Positions 53,351 through 64,000 of a stretch of DNA of 64,000 nt are shown piece by piece. A program made the translations under genes and the position numbers. Position 1 is the stretch's first letter; each line of letters begins with the position of its first letter. The stretch comes from Bugula neritina (taxonomy: Eukaryota; Animalia; Bryozoa): NCBI GenBank assembly GCA_964035545.1, contig OZ037766.1, forward strand, positions 7,926,722-7,990,721, read 5' to 3'. The notes under the pieces are model-generated. The model did not search any database. It was not told the origin of the DNA and saw only the letters and a program-made list of their open reading frames with translations.

Positions 53351-54607
53351 TTTAATTGCATATCCGTTTCGTGGCCCTCGGGGCTGCGACTTGCTGACCA
53401 ACTACAATGTCTAAGAGTTGTCTTTTCCTTAAACAAGCTTTTTAGATGTGGCAACGGAGTTATGTTCTTAATCACTCGTGCCACCCCTGCGCTGTGAGCT
53501 GCTGTGCTTACACAGCTGTTGGTATACATGCATAAATAGAACAGTAGTTTCTGAGAGAATAAAACACATAAATATGTGCGTAGTGGCCTGTTTTTCCTTG
53601 AATTACTAGTTATAACTCGTTATTTATTGCTTTTTTTGTCTGGCTCTGTCGTACTCTCCTGCGTTTATGGATGAAACACTGACTTGCTCATATAATGTAT
53701 TTTAGAATTTAATAGATTGTAGCATACAATAATGAAACAGTTGTCTTATAATTTAAAGGATTTCACTGCAAGTTTCTTAAATATTACAGCCTGTACACAC
53801 AAGCAATGAAACACATTAGTAAAAGATATTGCTAAGTATTCTATATTCTAGTGTATTGTAATGAAAAATGGATAAGTAAGGAACAATGCATTCTATCACC
53901 ACAAATTGATTTTTTATCTGTGTAATAACTTTATTTCAAACTCTAGTTAAAATATGCACCTTGTTGTTAGTTTGCTGAAAACAGTGTTTTTATGGATTTA
54001 AGCTAACTGATGGACAGCCTGTTCTTGATTAGGTGTAAAGATACTTACATTGCTAGTGTCATAAGTTTCTTTTCAAAGTTTCATTGTTATATCTTAAACT
54101 ATATTTTGACATGGGCCCTTTCTAATTTCATAGTTGTGGAATCTCAAATATAATTTCGTCCCATTGTCACAGTGAAGGTCCTCATTTCATTTATTGAGTT
54201 GTACATCTTGCAAACTACTTCCACAAACTCTATCTTTTTAGTTCTTCATTCTGTTAAATGTTCATTTTTTTGTTTTTTGAGAACCAAGATTTACAAATGA
54301 ATGAAACCAAAGTCAGTATACATAAGTTCAAAGGTTAAATTGTCATTTGAATACTGAGAATATGTTTTTGAATTTTCAAACTTTTTATTAAATCTGATTG
54401 AAAAATATATGCAAACAGTTTTTAAAGAGCATCGAAAAATATATAAAATGTAGCATTTTTTTGATTAATTATTGCTATGACTTAGTTATCTGGGTTGAAT
54501 AACTAGAAGTCTAGAACATATTTTCCCCAACAGATTATTTAGAATTGCATAGAACTTTAAGCTGGTTATTTGTGTTTCAAGCGTAAACTACTAGTATTAT
54601 AAAAGTG

Positions 54608-57600
54608 TTAGTATTGGAGAGCAGGAAAATCTTTAGGGTTCAGTCCAGCAGGAGCTTGGAACAAATCAGGAAGTTGAGCTGGTTGATTACATAATGGGCA
54701 CTGCGGGCGTCTTTCATTCAACCATTTACTTATACACTACAACAACACAATGTGATGAGGACTAATGCACATGTACATAGGTACCAGTCTGGTTGCATCA
54801 CCTCTAATACTAATAATACACTCTATATTCACTTCAATGTTATGCAGCCCTAAGTTAAAACAGTAAACATGAACCTAACTACTTCAAATAGGCTACTCTT
54901 ACCTTAAAGTGCCATTTATCATGACCACATTCCAAATCAATTCTATCTGATAAAGGCTCAGAACAGATAATACATTCTTCTTCAGAGCTGGTCTACAAAA
55001 CATAGCCAAGTGTCTGTATATACAAGAGAAAATAGAAAATTTAGTGACACAAGAAGTTTTAAGATATAAGATCTATCCTTTATACAAGAAGGTAGTCAAG
55101 TTATTGTTAACAGATGGAGAGGTACAACACACTGCAAAATATGCAGATTTCACTTTAATATAGATCATCTAAAAGATTAGAAAAAAAAAGTTTATACTGA
55201 TTAATACTAGTTGTAAAATAAAAACAATGAAATTTCCAACACATACACCGCGCAATATTTTTTTAAATTTCCACAACAATGTAGTAAGTCCTAGAGCAGT
55301 GAGCAAATGACATCTGGAATGCATTGTGCATAAGATTAAACTTTAGATGTACATAATACTTTAGATCTATCAGCTCACCACATCATCTGCATGCATGCCA
55401 AACTCATCATTCCAACTCAATGCCACAGAGTTTTGTGAATAGTACCCTTTTGGTAGAGATCTTTCCGGTGTTCTAGGGCGCAGTTCATTCACAGAGTGAG
55501 CGTATACGCACTGGTCAACAAAAAGTTACAAAATGTGTAACATAAGCTTCACAATAGTCCAGCTTAGTGCGCAATGCATCAGACTACTGCACATCAAAAC
55601 AATGTATAAAGAGTACTTATAAAAAATATGGTAAAACTCCAGAAAAATTCTTTTTCATTGAAAGTTTTTTAAAAGTCTATCCTTTTTATTTGGAGTTATC
55701 TGATCAGATTCACACACCTCGTCGGCAACACATTTTCCTTTCTTGTGTCGCTGACATAACTCATGCTTAGGTAGAGGTCTCAGCTCAGAAGACTTGTGGG
55801 CGTACGTACAGTCCGCCCCAAATTGGCAGTCACCATTCAACTCCAAATCTCGACACATAATTGTCTTACGGCGCTCATATCTAAGTCTTCCAGCACATTG
55901 CTGATGGCCACAGGGTTCCTTATGCTGAAAAGCCTAGGAGCAGAGATGCATATATTTAGAAATCTAACATTGGTAAAGTCCAAACAATAACATCTATCTT
56001 CCCAGATCTGATTTTCAACATAAAGTAAAATGTGCTAACCTGGTCCAGCTCGTCAGGGTGATGAGCATATTTACATTCACTAGACGGTCTCCTACATTTA
56101 TTCAGTTCAAAACTTTTACACATAAGTAGCTTTTTCCCATTGAAGTTGACAGTCGGTTGCTTCGGTCGAGTACTCTACAGGGTGTAATGAAATCATGATA
56201 TAGCAAAATCGATGTTATAATTACACATTCAACTATTTCTATACATTTAGAGGCAAGGGTAATAAATTGTATTTTTTTAAATTCATCAGAAACAATAAAA
56301 AAATAATTTAGTTGAAATAACTTTAAAAAATATTTTTTTCACTTTTAGCTTATAATTAATATACTTCCACAATTTGCAAGCGCCATATATAAAAGCTTCT
56401 TTACAATATAAAAAAGAAATTAAATATTTTAGGTAAAAAGCATAACATTGGAACTTTAAAAATTCTACAGAATAAAAGATTATTTGATAAAACTGTATAA
56501 TTACAAAGAAATTTATTTTAAACATAGGCATGATACTTCAAAATATTTAGCAGTAATTACTGCTGTAACATTGTAACACATAACAAGTGGTTCTAAAATT
56601 GATAAGGGATTGGTTATCAAAAATAACTGAATTACACTGGTTACCTGGTCAACATTGTTAGCAGCATTATTCATGGTTGCATAATCCGTAACCTGGAAGT
56701 GGCCCACAGTCCCAAGCAACTCCTCAACACTGTGAGCATAGTTGCACTCGCTTCCCCATTTACACTTGCCCAGTTGAAAGTTTTCACACATCTCACTTTT
56801 GCGTAATTTGTATCCATTTTTGAACTTGAGATTAGCAGCTGGCGATGGATCCGGGAACTTAAATAAAAAAAAAGAAATCTTTTGAGTTTAGTTTGACAGG
56901 AGCTAGGACAAAGCGGGTTACGTAGCTTGAAGCTATATGTACATAGCTGAAGATGAAATGTAACAGCTCTAATAGACTTCAATCATATCAAAACTCAAGT
57001 TAATATAAAAGTCGTAATTTTTTAAGTGTGTTACATTACATATACCGTAACAATGCTAACTGTAAAAAACAACACTAACGATACAAAAAATTTAAACTAT
57101 TAAATATAATTCATACAATAGCGCCATGGGCCCCTTGTTCTTTCAACTGCTCTTCTCTTCTTGCTTTGGCAAGTCTCAGCTCTGCCTCACTATGAGCATA
57201 GTTGCACTCCTTGCCCCACGAACACGTTCCTTGTCTGTAGTTGTCACACCATTCCGTTTTACGCAGCATCTCTCTTTTTGAGCTTTTAAATGCGGCATTT
57301 GTGCATGGGTTCAGATCCACGATCTTATAAAGTAGAAAAATGTAACAGTATAGATATTCAATGTGTTTATAATAGAAAATATTCTTTGCCTTAAAGCCAT
57401 GCTAGTTTACTCGCACTATTGCCTTTTGATTTCTTACAATAAACTCGCACACACGAACGCGCACACAAACATATATATATATACATTATACAATGTGAGA
57501 AGCTATGACTCACAGTTGTAGAATGTTTAGTCACTGAGCTAGTCACAATGCCATTAGCAAGCTGTTTATCTCCTGATGCCTGTCTTTTCCGAGCCTCCAT

Positions 57601-60600
57601 TCTTTCGCTTTCACTGTGAGCATAATTGCAGTCAGCGTCCCACTTACAGGTCCCGAGTTTAAAATTTTTACAGATTTCAGTCTTTCGCCTTTTTTCTCCG
57701 CGCTCACCTTTAAACTTGCTGTTGTCCCAAGGAGTAACTGATAAAGCACTATTCGGCATTTGAGGCTGTTTAAAACATTTGAAAAGCACGATTTAGGTTT
57801 TACAATAATTTCATAAATGGGAAATAAAAGATAATTAACAAAACTAGATTTAGACTTTAATTTAACAAAACACTAATATTAACCAAACTCTCATTTTCCT
57901 TTAGTTGACCAATTATTATATAGAGAATTCAAGACACAAATTATGTAACTGCAAGCATTACCAGAGATTTTAGTTGAAATCTAGTAAATTGTTTATAATT
58001 GAAGCTAACTTTGGAATACGAAGGAAATTTATTGGCATGAAACTTCAACCAAAACATTAACACATTTAGATAAAACCACAAAATAATACTTTATAGAAAA
58101 AAATAGGCTAACTTTACACCATTTAAAATATTCAAAAAAATATTTTTACTCAATTAATAAACTGAAGATACAAATTTTTGCAATAAATCTAAATAATTGA
58201 ACACTTTTATTGGAAATTTTAGCCGACTTGTAAATTTATGATATATTATAATGCCTAAGCTCAAGATAATATTGATCAATCATCTTAACCAATGAAGCTC
58301 GTGATAATATATTGATCCATTCTAAGACCTTTGCATTCATAGATTAGCGCAACAATGTAATTAAATTGTCTTCATACATTTAGAATATTATATTTACTAG
58401 TGCCCAAACACTTCAAGAGGGCGCATTTTTATGCAAAGTCAAGAGTAAAAACTTTTTCTTAACCCTAAAAAGAGCAAACAGTTGAAAACTATGCATTGTA
58501 ATTTGTTTAGAACTGGCAGAGAATTTCCTTCTAGGCATTTTTATATATACAAGCAATTCTTGAAATAATAAAATATAAAGAAATGACAACTCCAAGGTCA
58601 AATGCAACATTATCATTGTAGCGAAACTGGCTTAGTACATACCGAAGTAAGGGAAAGTGGTTTGGCTACTTTATCGGGCTTTTTCTTTTTGGTGATTGTT
58701 TGCCAATCACTTCCAGTGTCTTCGACTATCTCATCTAAATTAAAAACAAATTATTTCTCAGCATGTACTGTATTTTCCTCTTTTGTAACAAGAAAACAAG
58801 ATGGATCACTTACTATGACTAGAACATACATACTAGCTACACGAATAACTTAAACATAAATCATATACCTGCAGGGTCAGGTTTTGTAGCACTGAATGTT
58901 GACACTACAAGCTCAGTGGTAACATGTGGTGTGTTATCAATCATCTTATGGGTAGAAAGAGAAAGTGTTTCCTTGCAGGAAAATACAGGATCATTATAAG
59001 AGATGGATTTTTCCAAGCATTCCTGTGACGAGCTAACAGTAACTAGATTTTGACAATCTACTGGAAGTTCATGGGTGATAGTAGGGGGCACTGCAGAGGT
59101 ATATAATAGCGTCACAGTAGAATTCAGGGACTCCTTAGAATCACAGTCTTGTTGTTCCATAGCATCACATTTTGTGTAATTATCTTCTGCGTCTACGTCA
59201 GACACAGTGCCCGTAGTTTTACCTACAGCAATAATCCTGTTCCCTTACTTATATCACTTACTATAATATTACACACTGAACCACTCATTACACAGCATTA
59301 TATGACATCATTCCATAAATTACTCTGTAATACAAACTTGTTGTTCTCTGAACACAACATAATACATATAAATAACGTGTATGTCGTGAACTCTTGCCAA
59401 GGAAAAATCTATTAACATCCATTTGCAAATATTATTGTGTTATAAAATTATCTCTCCAGGTTCTAAAAAACTGAAGCTATAGTTTGCTACCACAACAAAC
59501 AAAAGTTAACATTCACTCTTTATTATGTTCTTATAAAAAACAAATGTTAGAGGTAAATAAACCATTTCTAAAACCAATTGTCTTCCAGCTAACACTAAGA
59601 AACAATACTAAAGTAGTATAATGGTACGCACAATCTGGCCTCTCATTGACTGATTCTGTAATATCAACAAAGACCTCTTCACTTTGAACTTTCTTCAAGT
59701 CAACTTCAGGTGCTAAAATGTCAGTCACAACAATTGTTATAAAATTAAGAAATTTATAGATACAGCTGTTGAATTAAAAACATGCCATGAGAAAACAGGT
59801 TGAATCATCATTACTGACCTGGTGGCTTCAAACACCAAATCAACTACTATAATATATAAAATATGTTTATATAAAAGTCAATAAGCCAAACGTTACCAAG
59901 TATAAACTATAAAGTATAAATACCTTCTCCAAGAGGTTGATGCAACTCAGAAACATCCATACTTTGTGTACGGTCACAAAGAGCAGCAGAAAAGTAAGCC
60001 ATGTTTTCATCACCAACGACATCGGCATCATTACTATTAGCGTCCTCGATGGCAGAGTCTATTATAACATATAACAATATAAAATGACTTGCTAACTTCA
60101 AATACTTCAGTGACGTTTAAAAACTCACAACATTAGCATTTTAGAGTCAAAATTATGTCACAATTCAATAAAAATAAGAAGGCTAACTGGTAGTGTTTTC
60201 AAGAAATAGCTAATTTGACACACATTAAAAATTGTATTTTTACGTTACCTTACAATAAAACTATCTTTTAGACATTCGCAATTTGTTCACTAAATCAAGA
60301 AATGCTTGCTTGTTCCCCCTAACCACGTTGCTATAAAGTTTCGCAGCATGGCTACTATTCATAAAACTTCATCATTTCAAATTCTCCTTCCTTTCTATAT
60401 ACATATATAATATATAGAGGTTGGAGCGTTTGCCCAGTAAGCACAAAGTCATGGGTTCAAGCCCTGACAAAGGCCATTGGTGATGTTAGGAAGAGCATCC
60501 AGTCATAATTGCTCCTGTGCCCTATCTGAGTAAGTCATTAGCCAGATTCAACAAAAACCTTTTCCATCAGGGGTTTTCTCACAGAGATGGCGACTATAAA

Positions 60601-62109
60601 CTTGTGTGAGATATAATGTATACACTAGTTTAGCTAAAATAATGTTCAGTACTTTTCCTCCCAACCGTAGAATAGGAACCAACAAATGTTATGCTGAGAC
60701 CCCACAGGCTATTTCGTTTCCAAACAATTATATTGGAAATGAATATGCTAATCTATAAATCAAAACAATGCTTTGGGTACTAAGCAGGTAAAAATAGGCT
60801 ATCTACACCTATAAAATGAGTAGATAGTTATAGAGCATATATCCTATCAATATGTCACATAGATAATCATTTGAATAGCACATATCTTATCAGCATTTCA
60901 TTTCCAAGAGATAAAAGTTGAGTTAGCAGCCCACCACTAGCATATGTTGAAACATCATCATTATCTGGATTTGTCTGACGAGAAATCATCTCCTCAAGAA
61001 TTTTCAGTGATCTCTTCTTATCAATAAGAGGCAATCGTTCAAAAGGAACACCTCTTGACAACTGTGCGACATTGGAGGTAAATGTTTCCTGGTAAAACAA
61101 AACACCGCAAAGACTAAAACAGATATGGTGAGAAATGGTGAGAAATGGTGAGAAACGGTAAGAATGCATAACGTATATTGTTGAGTTTGTTGAAAAGAAT
61201 ACATGAATGTAAATTTTACAATCAATCGAATTAAAGATTTGAAATGATATTAGTATTACTATTCAACATTATTTCTATTTATTATCAATACATTCTGGTA
61301 CCTTGGCTACATGCTTGCAGTCTTCAAGTTCATCTATTTGCTCCAACAATGAATTATGTGCTATACCCAGATTCAGGATAAGTCTTTTGGACGAGTTAGC
61401 TGGAGTCAAGTTTCGTTGCTGCTTCAACATATTCGCAATATGCTTATTGGTTCTCTTCAAGTACTGGTCCAGTATAAGCACCATAACGCAACTCTATAAA
61501 AATCAAGTTTAGGTAATGTAGCTTCTCGGCAATGTAGCATTAAATTATTATTTCCATTTCCACTCTATAACAGAGCTCTAATAAACCAAGAATAGTTTCT
61601 TTTATAGTACATACTTGTTTTAGTTCCACTTTTTTAATGTTATTAAATTACCATCATTTCAAAATAAAATTGAAAAGGATGATTTGATAGTTCACACTAC
61701 ATATTATTTCCCCAAAAAGGGACACAATTGATGCATTCTAGTCAATAGCACTACATCTTGTAAAACATTAAAGCTTTTCATAAAAATTGAGACTACACCA
61801 CATAAATGATAAGATTAAGGGATAAAAAATGTTTCCCAAAATAATATATTGCCATGTTTTTGGTATCATAACATAAAAAAAGAAATGTAACTAGCAAACA
61901 CTCGAGTCCATACTGAAAAGTAATTATTCAATCAAGAGAAAACCAAAACTATAGAAACATAAAGCTGTGATCCAACTTACCCACGCTTTCATTAATTCAT
62001 CACTCTCGGTTTCAATTACCCCAGAATGAACTACTGGTTCAATTTGTTTTAATTCTGAAGCGCAAGGTTCTTTGCTCTTCACTTTAGCACGTTTTCGATT
62101 TCGTGTCAT
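54608..62109 (-). CDS. Multi-CCCH zinc finger / RING-H2 protein (putative RNA-binding E3 ligase)
   Basis: 3' exons 54736-54608, 54992-54903, 55510-55379, ~55933-55718, 56174-56040, ~56857-56645, ~57323-57117, ~57766-57513, ~58734-58643, 59222-58869, ~59712-59632, ~60058-59924 join in frame. The link to upstream exons (62109-61981, ~61493-61302, from ~61088) is less certain. Confidence 0.8.
60417..60610 (+). mobile_element. tRNA-derived SINE, copy 5 (5' truncated)
   Basis: Homologous to copy 1; approximate TSD ATATAAT(A/G)TATA. Confidence 0.88.
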
Positions 62110-62713
62110 TTTCTTTACAACATAAAATACAAATTTCAGACAATGACATAACCATGTAGGAAGTATATAAAAATGTTTTATATATATTATTGTAAACTTT
62201 AAAAATTTTATTCAGAAAAAAATGTGTAATTGTACTTGGATGAGCAATGTAAAAAAATCCCACAGAGCAAAATGTATGCTTTATTAGAAATTCACAGTGC
62301 TATATAACATTTACACTCCAGCTATATAGACATTAGGCATCAAAAAATGTGTATCTTAGGTCCTAACATACATTATTTTGATTGGAGTTATAACAATACA
62401 AAATGAAGCTTGACATTGCCTGGCAGAAGACTTCACTGAATGTGGCATCAACTTTATCTCCACTATAATTGGTTCACAAGATATTAGTTATTACTGTTGG
62501 TTCATATGTTATGTAAAATTAACTTTTAGGATTTAGCTCCAATATGCAATTGATCTGATATTGCAGACGCTAATAATTAACCCCTTTACTTCTGACTCAT
62601 TTATTATTTAGATTATATGGAAATTTTGCCAATCACATGTGCCTGTACAATTTTTAAATGACTAAGTTGTCATTGAATCACCAACGTTCTTGATTTTCAC
62701 AATCACTATTAGT

Positions 62714-62861
62714 CAGGGTTGGGGTCAATTACATATGAATGCAATTAAATACAATTACAATTACATTTTTATACATCAATTACAAATTACATTCAATTAC
62801 TTGCAAAAATGTAATTAATTACAACCAATTACAATTACAAATTACAATTACCCCAACCCTG
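62714..62861. mobile_element. 148-bp hAT-type MITE with internal (CAATTA)n
   Basis: TIRs CAGGGTTGGGGT / ACCCCAACCCTG; 8-bp TSD CTATTAGT / CTATCAGT (1 mismatch). Confidence 0.8.
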
Positions 62862-62879
62862 CTATCAGTATGGCCATGA

Positions 62880-63220
62880 GTATGACATTGATAGTTGGAA
62901 ATTGATACTCGTACTATCATAATCATAATATTCATCATATAAGTATGAGTATCATACTAATACTAATACAATACTAATAGTAATACTATTAGTAATACTA
63001 ATAGCAATACAGTTATAGTGATGACATTCATAGTGATGTGATAGGCATACTCATACTGATAGTGTTAGTCTTACTCTAACTCTAAGGCTAGTCTAACTAG
63101 TAAAATAAGAGTAAGAGTAAGTATAACTCTTAGTCTTAGTCTAAGTCTTAGACTGGTAAGACCGTAAGTAGTGAGTCAGTCTCACTTAGAGTTAGTGTTA
63201 CACATTATATTACTAATTCG
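62880..63220. repeat. TA-periodic low-complexity tract upstream of the CCCH-RING gene
   Basis: ACTAAT/AGTAAT/AGTCTT hexamer-like repeats read directly. Confidence 0.75.
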
Positions 63221-63552
63221 TAAATTAAACAAAATTTACACTGCAATACTAACATGTACACGGTTTATAAGTAATAACGTTCAAAATAAAATTAAACTGG
63301 ATAACTAGATTTCAAGTTTTTATTTTGCGCTAGTATCAGTATGGGGTAAACCCACTGCAAAATGTACAGCTTTTTTATGATGTGGGGGGAATCCCAGCGA
63401 GTCGCAAAGAGAAACGTAAAAGTTAACGAGCCTTGGATCTAGAACAACACATTTTTGCAATATTTTAGCAAACCATTTTGAACCAATAACTGTAATTTTT
63501 AATAGATCTCAGTTTATATTGTTGCAACATACGAAATTGTTGTTACAAATAA

Positions 63553-63682
63553 CGTTAGAAGCAACATCAAGTTAGGGGTGACTGAGTACAAAAATTGATA
63601 TTATTGCCAAATTCACAACTATAAACTTGAAACTTTTGAACCAATGCACTCAACGGTTACAAATTTGATGCTGCTTTGAGCG
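63553..63682. repeat. Short inverted-repeat element, copy c (opposite orientation to copy b)
   Basis: AGAAGCAACATCAAGTTAGGGGTGACTGAGT..TGCACTCA..TTTGATGCTGCTTTGAGCG. Confidence 0.55.
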
Positions 63683-64000
63683 ATTTCTTTTTTGTTCGCC
63701 TCTACCGTTCGCCTGTTGCTTGCGAGACTAATGGAAATAATATAAGGATAGATAACTCTGTCAAATGCATATTTGGCTTACGGAGAATAATAAAATTAAT
63801 AAAACCACATTGCCAAAACCAGAAAAAAGGAGGAAAAATCAGGAAGCTGGTGATCAACCTACTATTGGAAAAGCTTTGGAGGGTATTATGATAAAATTCA
63901 AATACACAAGCATACTAGTTCATGAAAAAATTTTGCTCAACGTGTAGGGTTGTCACGGCAAAACCTCAATTGCATAATTCAAGTAACAAAATCACCATTA

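Noticed and set aside
51050-57330. Several AAG splice acceptors (two XYLT WSC exons, two CCCH exons)
   Set aside because: Minor but ordinary U2 acceptor class; sample too small and no U12 donor signature seen.
63765-63947. Possible first exon of a further plus-strand gene
   Set aside because: Short, no recognisable motif, at the window edge.
1-64000. CRISPR arrays, rRNA, operons or other prokaryotic systems
   Set aside because: No repeat-spacer array or rRNA-like sequence seen; the window is spliceosomal-intron-rich eukaryotic DNA.

Overview
AT-rich, intron-rich animal genomic DNA; an invertebrate is inferred from the WSC-containing xylosyltransferase and the 3-domain gelsolin-like proteins. 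Genes spliced by hand: an orphan 454-aa ORF (+), a small RRxS-rich orphan gene (-), HIGD2A-like (+), two tandem gelsolin-like paralogs (-) that each carry two alternative 96-nt terminal exons, ARL15 (-), GLRX3 (+), xylosyltransferase (-), and an unusual protein with six TIS11-like CCCH fingers, a C-terminal RING-H2 and an FPxL tail (-). Mobile DNA: five copies of one tRNA-derived SINE with TSDs, a decayed Gypsy element with a nested RTE LINE and a nested solo LTR, a Merlin-like MITE in a gelsolin terminal exon whose TIR supplies an in-frame rescue acceptor, a 2.9-kb foldback element with ~0.9-kb TIRs in an ARL15 intron, a related TAG..CTA MITE, a hAT MITE and a small hairpin family near promoters. 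TA-periodic low-complexity tracts lie near the 5' end of all seven multi-exon genes from HIGD2A onward. Gene models come from reading the sequence only; no database search was run.
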